Of a DNA stretch of 64,000 nucleotides, positions 28,138-37,233 are shown in pieces; the first letter of the stretch is position 1; every line of letters begins with the position of its first letter. The translations under genes and the position numbers were made by a program. Source of the DNA: Myxococcota bacterium (lineage in GTDB: Bacteria; Myxococcota_A; Polyangia; Nannocystales; Nannocystaceae). The notes below the pieces were generated by a model that was given only the letters and a program-made list of their open reading frames with translations, made no database searches and was not told the origin of the DNA. The stretch lies in assembly GCA_039028615.1 (NCBI GenBank), contig JBCCHT010000002.1:1-64000 (forward strand), given 5' to 3'.

Positions 28138-28836
28138 ATGACGGCGATGCGATGGACCCTCGGCTGCCTGGTGACCGCGCTGCTCGGCCTGAGCTCCCGT
28201 CCCGCTCTCGCCACGGCCGGCGAGGCCGAGTCCCCGGTACAGGGCGGCAACGAGTCGGCCGACTCCGAGCGAGGACCCGCGACCGAGGGCACGCCCGAAG
28301 CCGAGGCGACGACCGAGGTCGACGGAGCGGAGGGCACCCGACACAAGCGACGCCGAGCTCGGAAGGCGCCCGGACCCAACGCGGTGGTCCTGAGCACGCA
28401 GGCCAAGGTGCCCGACTGGGGCGTGGCCATCGGCTACCAGCGCGTGCTGGGCCGACGCTTCTCGGTCGGCGCCGCGCTCGAGTACGGCTTCCAACCCAAC
28501 GGCTACTGGCACCTGCAGGGCGTCGGCGAGACGCTGTCGAGTCAGGTGTGGCTGGGCCGACCCTTCAACGGGGTGTTCGCCGAGGCCTCGCTGACCGTGC
28601 TGCATCAGTTCCTGGTTCAGCAGCCCCGACTGTCCACGACCGCCATCGCGCCGGGCATCGGGATGGGCTTTCGCTGGACGCACCACAGCGGGCTGACGCT
28701 GGGAGCTTCGGGAGGACTGCGCTGGGGGCGCATCGTCGACCCCTCGGACATCGTCTGTACGCGGGCCATCTACTGCACGAGCGTGCGAGAAGGCGCCTAC
28801 GCCAAGATCACGGCGGATGTGGGCTTCGTGTTCTGA
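28138..28836 (+). CDS. Exported protein, probable small outer-membrane beta-barrel
   Basis: Signal peptide, alternating amphipathic strands (GVAIGYQRV, GAALEYGF, GMGFRW), C-terminal DVGFVF ending in Phe. Confidence 0.6.
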   Translation: MTAMRWTLGCLVTALLGLSSRPALATAGEAESPVQGGNESADSERGPATEGTPEAEATTEVDGAEGTRHKRRRARKAPGPNAVVLSTQAKVPDWGVAIGYQRVLGRRFSVGAALEYGFQPNGYWHLQGVGETLSSQVWLGRPFNGVFAEASLTVLHQFLVQQPRLSTTAIAPGIGMGFRWTHHSGLTLGASGGLRWGRIVDPSDIVCTRAIYCTSVREGAYAKITADVGFVF

Positions 28837-28950
28837 GCTGCGAGGTCCAGGCATGAGATGTGCGTTGGCTCAACGCCCCACGCCCCCAAGCCTTACATTC
28901 CTCGCGGGTCTTCGCTGCGCAACGCGCGACCGATCGCTCGATTTCGAGCA

Positions 28951-31900
28951 TCAGAAGGCGCTTCCGACCACGGCGCGGAAGGTATCGAGACCGAGTTCGT
29001 CGTCGAAGCCGTGCGCGTACTGGATGAGCAGCGAGATCGACTCGCCGTAGCCGAGCCGGAAGGTGAAGGCCATGGTCGCCCCCGCGCCTACCAGTAGGTC
29101 CCGTAGCTCGGTGGGATCGGTGAACGCACTGCCCCAGTCGACGAACGGAATGACCGCCATGCGCTGGAAGAAGAACGGAATGGTGCTCAAGCCACGGTCG
29201 GCGTCGATGATCGGGATCCGATACTCGGCGGTCATCAAGCCGAGGTAGCGACCGCGCGCGGCGGCGAAGCCATAGCCCCGCAGCTCGGCGCAGCCGCTGC
29301 GACCCATGCCCACCCGCTGGGCCAGCGACACGATGACGTCGGTCCCGTCGAGCACCTCGGGGCCCGCATTGAAGTTGCCGACGCAGAACGCCCGCGAGCG
29401 CAAGCCACCCGCGGAGGCCCCCACCTGCCCCCCGAGCTGCAGGCCCTGGTGGCCGCGCCACGGCATCGGTATCTGCTCGCGATAGCTGGCGCTGACCTGG
29501 ATGTCTCCGTGGTCGCCTCCGAGCCGCTCGTCGAACACGGCCACCGAGGTCGCCACCCGACGCCCGCGCTCGTCTCCGTAGGTGAAGCGGTTCACGCCAT
29601 CGGAGAGGCTCGAGTAGTTGAGGCCGAGGTTGATCTGCCCCAGGTCACCGGTCAGCGGAGGCACGGACGTGGGCGCGCCCGGGTCGATGGGCGCCAAGTC
29701 CTGGTCGAGGTTGATGATCCGACTCCAGCGGTAGCCCACGCCCGCGTTGGCGGAGTGCTTGCCGCGGCGAACCACGGGCAAGCTGACGTCCGCCCCGGTG
29801 AAGTGGGTGCGCTCGCGATAGCCGGTCTGCCGATAGGTGCCCGGGTCGTCCTCGCCGCGATCGTAGACGTAGCGCGTGAAGCCGCCGCGCTCGGTGTAGC
29901 GACTCCCGGCCGAGATCCCGAAGGTGGGGAGCAAGCGCCGGAAGCTGTACGATACGGATCCGGTCAGGGCCTTCTGCCGCACGAGGTACAGGATGTTGCC
30001 CGAGAAGATGTGGAAGCCGAGCACATCGAGGATCTGGGTGGAGCCCCCGATGGCGGTGCCGAACTGCGAGGTGGCCACCTCGACCGCGGTGGGAAACACC
30101 GAGCGCGGGAACATGGTGCGCCAGGCCTGATAGCGGCGGCTGTCGAGGCTCGGCGGGCGGGTGTCCCCCTCGACCATCGGCGGCTTGTTATCGTCGACCT
30201 CGGGCGCGTCCGAGACGGTCGGCATCGGGGTCAGCCACTGCTTCGGGTCGAACTCCATCGACCACAGGTCGTAGCCGGTCGCGGAGTAGCCCACGTAGGC
30301 GAGGCGGGTGCCGTCGTGGCTGACCTGGGCCTCGAAGGCGCCGCCGAGCACGTTGGAGACCTGGTGGAGCTTCTCCTCCTCGAGGTCCCAGGCGTAGATG
30401 TTGAAGACGTCGTCGCGGTCGCTGGAAAAGAGCAGGTAGCGACCGTCGGGCGACCAGGCAGGGCCGATGTCGGCGTGACGATCGGCGGTGATGCGCTCGT
30501 GGGTGCCGGCCTCCACGTCGTAGATGTAGATGTCGCGATAGCCTCCCTCGCGGAAGCCGGAGAACGCGATGGTCCGACCGTCGGGAGACCAGCGCGGCGT
30601 GTAGACCTGCGAGATGCGGCCCATCGGCGGCACCTCGGTCACGTCCCCGGTGGCGAGGTTGAGCAGGCCCAGCCGGGACTGCGCGACGTCGTTGCGGCGG
30701 AAGGCCACCGTGCGGCCGTCGGGCGACACGTCGGGCTCGAAGGCCCGCATGCCGAAGGTGAGCTGCTCCGCTTCTTCGGGGTCGCCGCCGTTGTAGCGAT
30801 ACAGGTCGCTCCAGCGGTAGCGGAACTCGTGGGTGTTGATCCAGTCGAAGACGATGTCCCCGGTCGCGCCCACGAAGCTGCCCGGGGTGCTGTCCTCGAC
30901 GTCGATGACGTGCTGCACGTCGACGTCGACGCCCTGACGCCCGATGCCCACGCCCTCGCGCATGCGACCGCCCGAGGCCCGAATGCGCTTGATGCCCTCT
31001 TCGCGGTGCCCCTCGGCCTCGTAGAAGTAGATCCACTCGTCGTCGGCCGACCAGAAGGGATAGCGCGTGGCTTCGCCCGAGAAGGTCAGCCGTCGACCCT
31101 GTCGCAGGCCACGGCTGCGAATGCGGCGGGCCTGGGCCTGGAAGCGGCGGCGGGTGTCCTCGTGGAACTCCTTCCACAGCTGCTGGAAGTCGACCCCGAG
31201 GACGTCGCGTACGGCCCGGTTGATGCCGAAGGGCACGATGCGGCCGCCGTAGACGTGGCTGAGCTCGCGCAGCTTGTCGGCGCCGTAGCGGGCCTGGATG
31301 TAGTACATGAAGTGGACGCCATACAGGTAGACCGAGGTCCCGTGCGGCCAGACCCGCGCGTTGCTGGAGACCTGGTCTTGGGTCTGGAACATCCCGTCCA
31401 GCACCGCCATGCGGATGAAGGCGTCGAACTGCGCCGAGCGGCGCCGACCCGCGGCCGAGAACTCGGACTCCTGCAGCGTGGCCACGCCCTCGACGATCCA
31501 GCGCGGCTGCAAGATGTTGGGCTGGCTGACCTTGCCGAGCACACCGAAGCCGAAGATGGCGTTGGCCAGCCGCGGGATCCCGTGCACCGTGTCGAGGTGC
31601 ATGACGTGCACGAGCTCGTGGGTGAGCAGGATGTCGATCCAGTCGTCGTAGTTCTCGAGCACCGACAGCGACTCGGGCGCCGTCGTGAACGCGGTGACGT
31701 TGGGAAAGGGCGCCGTCGTGGCGAACCCGTTGGCCACGTCGGTGCTGTCGGTCAGCGTGATGTGAATCTTGAGGAAGACCTCGTGACCCCACGCCACCGA
31801 CAGCCGGTCGTACGCGCGCTCCGACGTCGTCGCCACGCGCTCGGCGGGGTCCTCGTTGCCCACCGGGTAGTGCACGTAGAAGTGTTCCGTCTCGAGCGTT

Positions 31901-32028
31901 CGCCAGCGAGGATCGGGATCGCCGGCGTGCGCGGCGGGGACGAACCACAGCCAAAGCAGCAGCGGGCAAATCCACCGGAAGACGGCTGCGCCACGGCGCC
32001 AGCGTCCGCCTGCCATGGCCCGCGACAT
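28951..32028 (-). CDS. Omp85/BamA-TamA-family protein with N-terminal gluzincin domain and PD40/TolB beta-propeller
   Basis: Signal peptide ending AAHA; WRTLETEHFYVHY; HELVH...WIVEGVA; PDVSPDG, PRWSPDG, PAWSPDG repeats; ELRGY loop motif; terminal Phe. Confidence 0.82.
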   Translation of the reverse strand: MSRAMAGGRWRRGAAVFRWICPLLLWLWFVPAAHAGDPDPRWRTLETEHFYVHYPVGNEDPAERVATTSERAYDRLSVAWGHEVFLKIHITLTDSTDVANGFATTAPFPNVTAFTTAPESLSVLENYDDWIDILLTHELVHVMHLDTVHGIPRLANAIFGFGVLGKVSQPNILQPRWIVEGVATLQESEFSAAGRRRSAQFDAFIRMAVLDGMFQTQDQVSSNARVWPHGTSVYLYGVHFMYYIQARYGADKLRELSHVYGGRIVPFGINRAVRDVLGVDFQQLWKEFHEDTRRRFQAQARRIRSRGLRQGRRLTFSGEATRYPFWSADDEWIYFYEAEGHREEGIKRIRASGGRMREGVGIGRQGVDVDVQHVIDVEDSTPGSFVGATGDIVFDWINTHEFRYRWSDLYRYNGGDPEEAEQLTFGMRAFEPDVSPDGRTVAFRRNDVAQSRLGLLNLATGDVTEVPPMGRISQVYTPRWSPDGRTIAFSGFREGGYRDIYIYDVEAGTHERITADRHADIGPAWSPDGRYLLFSSDRDDVFNIYAWDLEEEKLHQVSNVLGGAFEAQVSHDGTRLAYVGYSATGYDLWSMEFDPKQWLTPMPTVSDAPEVDDNKPPMVEGDTRPPSLDSRRYQAWRTMFPRSVFPTAVEVATSQFGTAIGGSTQILDVLGFHIFSGNILYLVRQKALTGSVSYSFRRLLPTFGISAGSRYTERGGFTRYVYDRGEDDPGTYRQTGYRERTHFTGADVSLPVVRRGKHSANAGVGYRWSRIINLDQDLAPIDPGAPTSVPPLTGDLGQINLGLNYSSLSDGVNRFTYGDERGRRVATSVAVFDERLGGDHGDIQVSASYREQIPMPWRGHQGLQLGGQVGASAGGLRSRAFCVGNFNAGPEVLDGTDVIVSLAQRVGMGRSGCAELRGYGFAAARGRYLGLMTAEYRIPIIDADRGLSTIPFFFQRMAVIPFVDWGSAFTDPTELRDLLVGAGATMAFTFRLGYGESISLLIQYAHGFDDELGLDTFRAVVGSAF

Positions 32029-32115
32029 GGCCGGAGTGTATCGTAGCCGGGGGCTGCCAACGGCAGAGCGTCCCACGGCGCTCGTCCCGACCCCCAGCGG
32101 CCCCAGGAGCGAGCC

Positions 32116-32403
32116 ATGTTCGAAGCGATCTACGAGGGCAAGGTCATCGCGCGCAGCGACGAGACGCGCGTGGTCGAGGGCAACCACTACTTCCCGCCGC
32201 AGTCCCTGGTCCGCGAGCACTTCAGCGACAGCGAGACCCATACCGTGTGCGGCTGGAAGGGTACTGCGAGCTATTTCAACGTGGAGGTCGACGGCCACCG
32301 CAACCCGGACGCGGCCTGGTACTACCCCTCGCCCAAGGCGGCGGCGGCCGAGATCAAGGACTACGTGGCATTTTGGCGCGGCGTCCAGGTCCGCGAGACC
32401 TAG
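32116..32403 (+). CDS. DUF427 family protein
   Basis: VIARSDET.VVEGNHYFP...TVCGWKGTASYF...AAWYYPSPK...IKDYVAFW. Confidence 0.92.
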   Translation: MFEAIYEGKVIARSDETRVVEGNHYFPPQSLVREHFSDSETHTVCGWKGTASYFNVEVDGHRNPDAAWYYPSPKAAAAEIKDYVAFWRGVQVRET

Positions 32404-32546
32404 AGCCGGCACGAAGTGTCGCGGGTGGCCCCCAAGGGGCCGACAGAATCCGGGCTTTGCGCGTCCGCGCCATGACCGGCCACGATCCAGGGAACATCAG
32501 CCAGCGGGCTTGTGTTGGCCGCAGCATTTGGCGTATCCCCAAATGC

Positions 32547-34328
32547 ATGTTGCGGTCTCCTAAGCTTCTCACCGTTGTCGCCTTGGCTTGGCCTCTCGTG
32601 CCGTTTGCGGGTTGTTCTTCCGATGACGCCCCGGTCACTTCGACCTCTTTCGGAGACCCGATGGGCACCACCACCACCGGGGTGGACACCCCCGACGACG
32701 ACACGACCGACGGCTTGGGAGGCACCACGGAGGTCGGCGGCGTGACTTCGGAGACCGAGGGCGCCGACACCACCGAGGGCGACGAGGAGACCGAGGGCGA
32801 GGACGACACCACCGAGGGCGACGACACCTCGGGCGGGACGACCGACGCCTGCGGCGAGATGGACGAGCCCGACATCAACGGGCTCGACGAGAACGACGAC
32901 GGCATCGACGGCGTGGCCGGGTGCTCGGTCTTCGTCAACGCGCTGACGGGCAGCGACCTCAACGACGGCACCTCGCTCGACGAGCCGGTCGCCTCCATCA
33001 CCCGGGGCATCGAGATCGCAGCGACCTTCTCCCCGCCGCGCCCCGTGCTGGTGGCCGAGGGGACCTACACCGAGACGGTCAACCTCGACTCGGGCGTCAG
33101 CGTCTACGGCGGCTACGACGACCAGAGCTGGGACCGCGAGATCTTCCTGAACGAGACCATCATCGAGGCCACCGAGTTCCGCGGCCTGGTGGCGATCAAC
33201 CTGACCGAGGCGGTCGAGGTCGACGGCATGACCATTCGCGGGTCCGACTTCACCGACGGGGGCGAGTCCACCTACGCGGTGTGGGTCCGCGACACGCCCG
33301 AAGGCCTGCTGACGCTCGATTACTGCACGGTCGAGGCCGGCAACGCGGGCGCGGGTGACGACGGTGGCGACGGCGTCGCGGGAGAAGACGGCGGCGGTGG
33401 TGGCAACGGCATGTCCAGCGGTGCCCCCGGTGCGGGCGGAGCCTCGGGCTGCGGCGCCACCGGTGGCGTGGGCGGACAGGGCTCGGCCTGCCCCTCCACC
33501 TCGGGCGGCAACGGCTCGGCCGGCGGCTCTCCGACCACGATCGGCACGGGAGGAGCGCCCGGCAACAGCCACTGCGGCGACGCGTGCGGTGACGAGGGCA
33601 CCAACGGGGTCGGCGGCATCGCGGGCTCGGTGGGCGTCAACGGCCAGGGTGGCATGACCTCCGGCGACGCCGACGGTGAGTTCGGCGGCGACGGTCTTTG
33701 GGTTCCCCCGGCGGGATCCGACCCCACCCCCGGTGACAACGGCTCGGGTGGCGGCGGCGGTGGTGCTGGCGGCTACGACGACGACACCGACTTCGGCTGC
33801 GTGATCACCTTCTCCGATGGCTTCGGCCTCGGTGGCGGTGGCGGTGGCGGTGGTGCGGGTGGCTGCGGCGGTGAAGCGGGCGGCAGCGGAACCCCGGGCG
33901 GCGGCTCGTTCTGCATCACCGCGATCAATTCCAGCATCGAGGTCTCCAACACCGACCTGTTCCTCGGCACGGGCGGCAACGGTGGCAACGGCGGCGACGG
34001 TGGCGACGGCGGCATTCCGGGCGGCATCGGCAACGGCGCGACGGGTACCGACAACGGGGGCGAGCCGGGCAACGGCAACAACGGCGGCCCCGGCGGCGGC
34101 GGTGGCGGTGGCGGTGGCGGACAGGGCGGCTGTGCCGGCTCGGCCATCGGTATCGCGACGGTCGGCGGTGCGACGGTCGGCATCGCGAACGTCAGCTTCA
34201 ACGGTGGCTCGGCGGGCTCGCCGGGCGTCGGAGGCATCGGCGGCATTCGGGCCGACGGCGTGGGCCTGAACGCGCCCTCGGGCGACGACGGCTGCGACGG
34301 GGTCGTGGCCGACGAGCGCGACTACTAG
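32547..34328 (+). CDS. Gly-rich (PGRS-like) surface lipoprotein with DUF1565-like domain
   Basis: Lipobox FAGC, Thr/Glu/Asp stalk, VFVNALTGSDLNDGT...PVASI...VAEGTY...GVSVYGGY, then long poly-Gly tracts. Confidence 0.8.
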   Translation: MLRSPKLLTVVALAWPLVPFAGCSSDDAPVTSTSFGDPMGTTTTGVDTPDDDTTDGLGGTTEVGGVTSETEGADTTEGDEETEGEDDTTEGDDTSGGTTDACGEMDEPDINGLDENDDGIDGVAGCSVFVNALTGSDLNDGTSLDEPVASITRGIEIAATFSPPRPVLVAEGTYTETVNLDSGVSVYGGYDDQSWDREIFLNETIIEATEFRGLVAINLTEAVEVDGMTIRGSDFTDGGESTYAVWVRDTPEGLLTLDYCTVEAGNAGAGDDGGDGVAGEDGGGGGNGMSSGAPGAGGASGCGATGGVGGQGSACPSTSGGNGSAGGSPTTIGTGGAPGNSHCGDACGDEGTNGVGGIAGSVGVNGQGGMTSGDADGEFGGDGLWVPPAGSDPTPGDNGSGGGGGGAGGYDDDTDFGCVITFSDGFGLGGGGGGGGAGGCGGEAGGSGTPGGGSFCITAINSSIEVSNTDLFLGTGGNGGNGGDGGDGGIPGGIGNGATGTDNGGEPGNGNNGGPGGGGGGGGGGQGGCAGSAIGIATVGGATVGIANVSFNGGSAGSPGVGGIGGIRADGVGLNAPSGDDGCDGVVADERDY

Positions 34329-34351
34329 GCCGCACTCGCGCCCAACGACGG

Positions 34352-34384
34352 AGGGTCGGAGCCACCATGGCTTCGGCCCTTTTT
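34352..34384 (+). terminator. Intrinsic terminator between convergent genes
   Basis: AGGGTCGGAGCC / GGCTTCGGCCCT stem (with G-U pairs) followed by a T run; flanking CCAACGA/TCGTTGG extends the stem. Confidence 0.7.
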
Positions 34385-34398
34385 CGTTGGACGCCGCC

Positions 34399-35160
34399 TC
34401 AGTCGTTCACCGTGTTGGCGAACGCGCTCGGGCTCTTGCCCACCACCGTCTTGAAGTCGCGGGCGAGGTGGGCCTGGTCGGTGTAGCCGAGGTCGGCCGC
34501 CAGTGCGGCCAGCGACGTGGTCTCGCCGCGCTCGAGCCGTAGCGCCACCTCCTGCAGGCGATTGCGACGGATTACCCACTTGGGTGAGGCGCCCACGTAG
34601 TCGCGAAACAACCGCTGCAGCGCCCGCACGCCGAGTCCTGCCACCTTCGACAACGCCTCCACGGTGATGATCTCGCCGTCGCTCGCGATGCGGTCGACCA
34701 GCGCCACCGCCAGGCTCACCTGCGAATCGTCGCGCCGCTGCTGCCTCAGCCATTCCTCGAAGCAGGCCAGCCCGACGCTATCGTCCTCGGGCTCCATCGT
34801 CGCGGCCTCGATGCCGTCCTCCTCGCTGGGGAGCACGTCGGAGATGGGGAGGATGGTGTTGCTCAGCGTGTGAGCGGAGCGCTCCACGAAGGCCCGCACC
34901 GCGCCCGCCCGCAGCTTCACACCGCGCACTCGCCCACGACCGGCGAGCGTGCGGGACCACAGCCGCGTCCACACGCCGACCACGCGAGCGCCGATCTGGT
35001 CCGAGTCGCCGCGCTCGAACACGAAGTGCACGCAGGGGTCGCCGAGCAGCTCGGTGGTGTGCGAAGGCTGCCCGCGCAGGTCCCACTCGCCGACCCAGAA
35101 CGAGGCGACCACGTCGGCCAGGTCCTCGCTGGGCACATAGGTCCGAGCATTGACGCGCAT
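34399..35160 (-). CDS. AraC-family regulator with DUF6597-type N-terminal domain
   Basis: PSEDLADVVASFWVGEWDL, RALQRLFRDYVGASPKWV, LAADLGYTDQAHLARDFK. Confidence 0.88.
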   Translation of the reverse strand: MRVNARTYVPSEDLADVVASFWVGEWDLRGQPSHTTELLGDPCVHFVFERGDSDQIGARVVGVWTRLWSRTLAGRGRVRGVKLRAGAVRAFVERSAHTLSNTILPISDVLPSEEDGIEAATMEPEDDSVGLACFEEWLRQQRRDDSQVSLAVALVDRIASDGEIITVEALSKVAGLGVRALQRLFRDYVGASPKWVIRRNRLQEVALRLERGETTSLAALAADLGYTDQAHLARDFKTVVGKSPSAFANTVND

Positions 35161-35277
35161 ACCGCTGGTCCGCCCCGACACCAACCCACGGACCCTCCCC
35201 TGCCCGGTGGGTCGCGTTTGTACAAGTCGCTTGGGCTTCGCCACGGCTATACCTCCTCCCACCAGGGAGCGAACGCG

Positions 35278-35658
35278 ATGAGCAACGTCCTAGTCAAGAG
35301 TATCGAGGAGATCGAGGCCTACGAGGGCCCCCACGCCATCCAAGGCATCCGCTTTCGACCCGCCCGCCAGGCGCTGGGGGTGACGTCGTGGGGCATGAAC
35401 GTGCTCGAGCTGGATCCGGACTGCGAGGGCTACCCCGAGCACGACCACGCCACCGAGGGCCACGAGGAGGTCTACGTGGTGCTGCGAGGCTCGCTGGTGC
35501 TGCGGACCCCGGAGAGCGAGCAGTCGCTGACCGCGGGGCAGCTGGTGCGCGTGGCCCCCGAGCTCAAGCGCAAGTTCGTGACCAAGGACGAGGGCGCCAC
35601 CCTGCTCGCGTTGGGCGGGACCCCGGGGCAGGCGTACCAGCCCGCCATGGGCGGCTAG
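35278..35658 (+). CDS. Cupin domain protein
   Basis: EHDHATEGHEEVYVVLRG cupin motif 1; AGQLVRVAP. Confidence 0.82.
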   Translation: MSNVLVKSIEEIEAYEGPHAIQGIRFRPARQALGVTSWGMNVLELDPDCEGYPEHDHATEGHEEVYVVLRGSLVLRTPESEQSLTAGQLVRVAPELKRKFVTKDEGATLLALGGTPGQAYQPAMGG

Positions 35659-35675
35659 CCTTCGTATACTCGGGC

Positions 35676-36404
35676 GTGCCTCGAGGACCCCAACCGGCCG
35701 ATCCGGGCCTGTTCGGCGCAAAACAAACGCCGAAGCTACGGCAGGCCCTCGCGGAGCTGGCCTGGCTGCTGTCTCGGGGCTACGTCCTCAACTCGAGCCT
35801 CAAGCTCGTCGGCGATCGACACAGCCTCGTGGCACGGCAGCGCGAGGCGCTATCACGGGCCGCCTGCACCGACGCCGAGCGCTCCGAGCGTGCGAACAAA
35901 CGCCGAGGCGTCGAGACCCTGAGCGGAGCCGCGATCGGGATCGATGCCTTCAACCTCGTCATCACCGTCGAGAGCGCGATGGCGGGCGGGGTGCTCGTAC
36001 GAGGTCGCGACGGGGCGCTCCGCGACTTGGCCTCGGTGCACGGGTCCTATCGCCGGGCCGAGCACACCCATGCCGCCATCGATGCCGTCGCGACCCGCCT
36101 CGACGCGCACGGGGTCGCAGAAGCGCACTGGTTGCTCGACCGCCCCGTGTCCAACAGCGGGCGACTCGCGGGGTGGATCCGAGACGTGGGCGAGCGAGCC
36201 GATCGGCGCTGGACGGTAGAGCTGGTCGACAACCCGGACCGCGTGCTGATCGACGGCACCGTGCCCGTGGTCTCCTCCGATGCGTGGGTCATCTCCAGCG
36301 CGGGGGCGTGGATCGACCTGGTCTCCGACGTGATCGAGCACTGCGTCGACGACCCGTGGATCGTCGACTTGAGCCGGCCGCCTACGCCAAGTGCTCGCGA
36401 ATGA
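35676..36404 (+). CDS. DUF434/DUF5616 family protein (PIN/NYN-like fold suspected)
   Basis: WLLSRGY...LKLVGDRHSL..RQR; IDAFNLVITVE; DGALRDLA; LDRPVSNSGRL; VSSD. Confidence 0.82.
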   Translation: MPRGPQPADPGLFGAKQTPKLRQALAELAWLLSRGYVLNSSLKLVGDRHSLVARQREALSRAACTDAERSERANKRRGVETLSGAAIGIDAFNLVITVESAMAGGVLVRGRDGALRDLASVHGSYRRAEHTHAAIDAVATRLDAHGVAEAHWLLDRPVSNSGRLAGWIRDVGERADRRWTVELVDNPDRVLIDGTVPVVSSDAWVISSAGAWIDLVSDVIEHCVDDPWIVDLSRPPTPSARE

Positions 36405-37233
36405 GCTCGAGCAGCGCCTCGGGGCGCTCCTCGGCCACCGCGTGCCCGCAGCCCTCCACCACCTTCAGCTCGGCATCGGGCAGCAGCTCGACCAAGCCCT
36501 CGGCGGTCTCGACCGGCATCAGCGAGTCGCGATCACCCCAGACCACGGTGGTGGGCACGGGCACCCGGGCCACGCGGTCGCGCAGCGAGTCGAGCGAGGC
36601 CATCTGCAGCAGCATGGCGTAGGCCGCCTCGCGACCGCCGTGCCGCGCGAGTCGATCCCAGTAGACGTCGACCGCCCGCTCTTCGATGAGCTCCGGGGTG
36701 GAGAACACCGTCGTTAGGTAGCGGTGCAGGTCGGCCCGGCGATACAGCTGCGTGAACAGCAGCGGGCCGAGCCGAGGCAGCAGCGCCATGCGGCCCTCGA
36801 GCGGCAGCTCCATGGTGGAGGTCACCGCGTCGACCAACATCAGGCGTCGCACGAGCCGGGGCTCGCTGGTCGCGGCCACCACCGCCACCGCCCCGCCGAA
36901 GCTGTGCGCCAGGAGGTCGTGCTCGCTCACCCCCAGCGCGCCGAGCGTCTCGTAGACCCGGGCCGCGATCCACGACAGCGCGTAGTCCCCCGCGGCATGG
37001 GGCGGCGGCCGATCGCTCTCGCCACAGCCGGGAAAGTCGATGGCGATGACCCGACGCGTGGCGGCCAGCGGATCGATGATGTGCCGGAACGCGTGATGGG
37101 TGACCAGCAGGCCGTGCAGCAACACCAGGGGCGGCTGCTCGCCGTCGAGCGGGCCGCGATCGATGACATAGACCCGCCCGCCTTCGGTGGGCACCAGGCG
37201 CGAGCGATCGGGCGGGAGCGTCGAGGCGCTCAT
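36382..37233 (-). CDS. Alpha/beta-fold hydrolase
   Basis: LLHGL, DFPGCGES, AHSFGG nucleophile elbow, VWGDRD, GHAVAEERP; ATGA overlap with the ptsI stop. Confidence 0.88.
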   Translation of the reverse strand: MSASTLPPDRSRLVPTEGGRVYVIDRGPLDGEQPPLVLLHGLLVTHHAFRHIIDPLAATRRVIAIDFPGCGESDRPPPHAAGDYALSWIAARVYETLGALGVSEHDLLAHSFGGAVAVVAATSEPRLVRRLMLVDAVTSTMELPLEGRMALLPRLGPLLFTQLYRRADLHRYLTTVFSTPELIEERAVDVYWDRLARHGGREAAYAMLLQMASLDSLRDRVARVPVPTTVVWGDRDSLMPVETAEGLVELLPDAELKVVEGCGHAVAEERPEALLELIREHLA

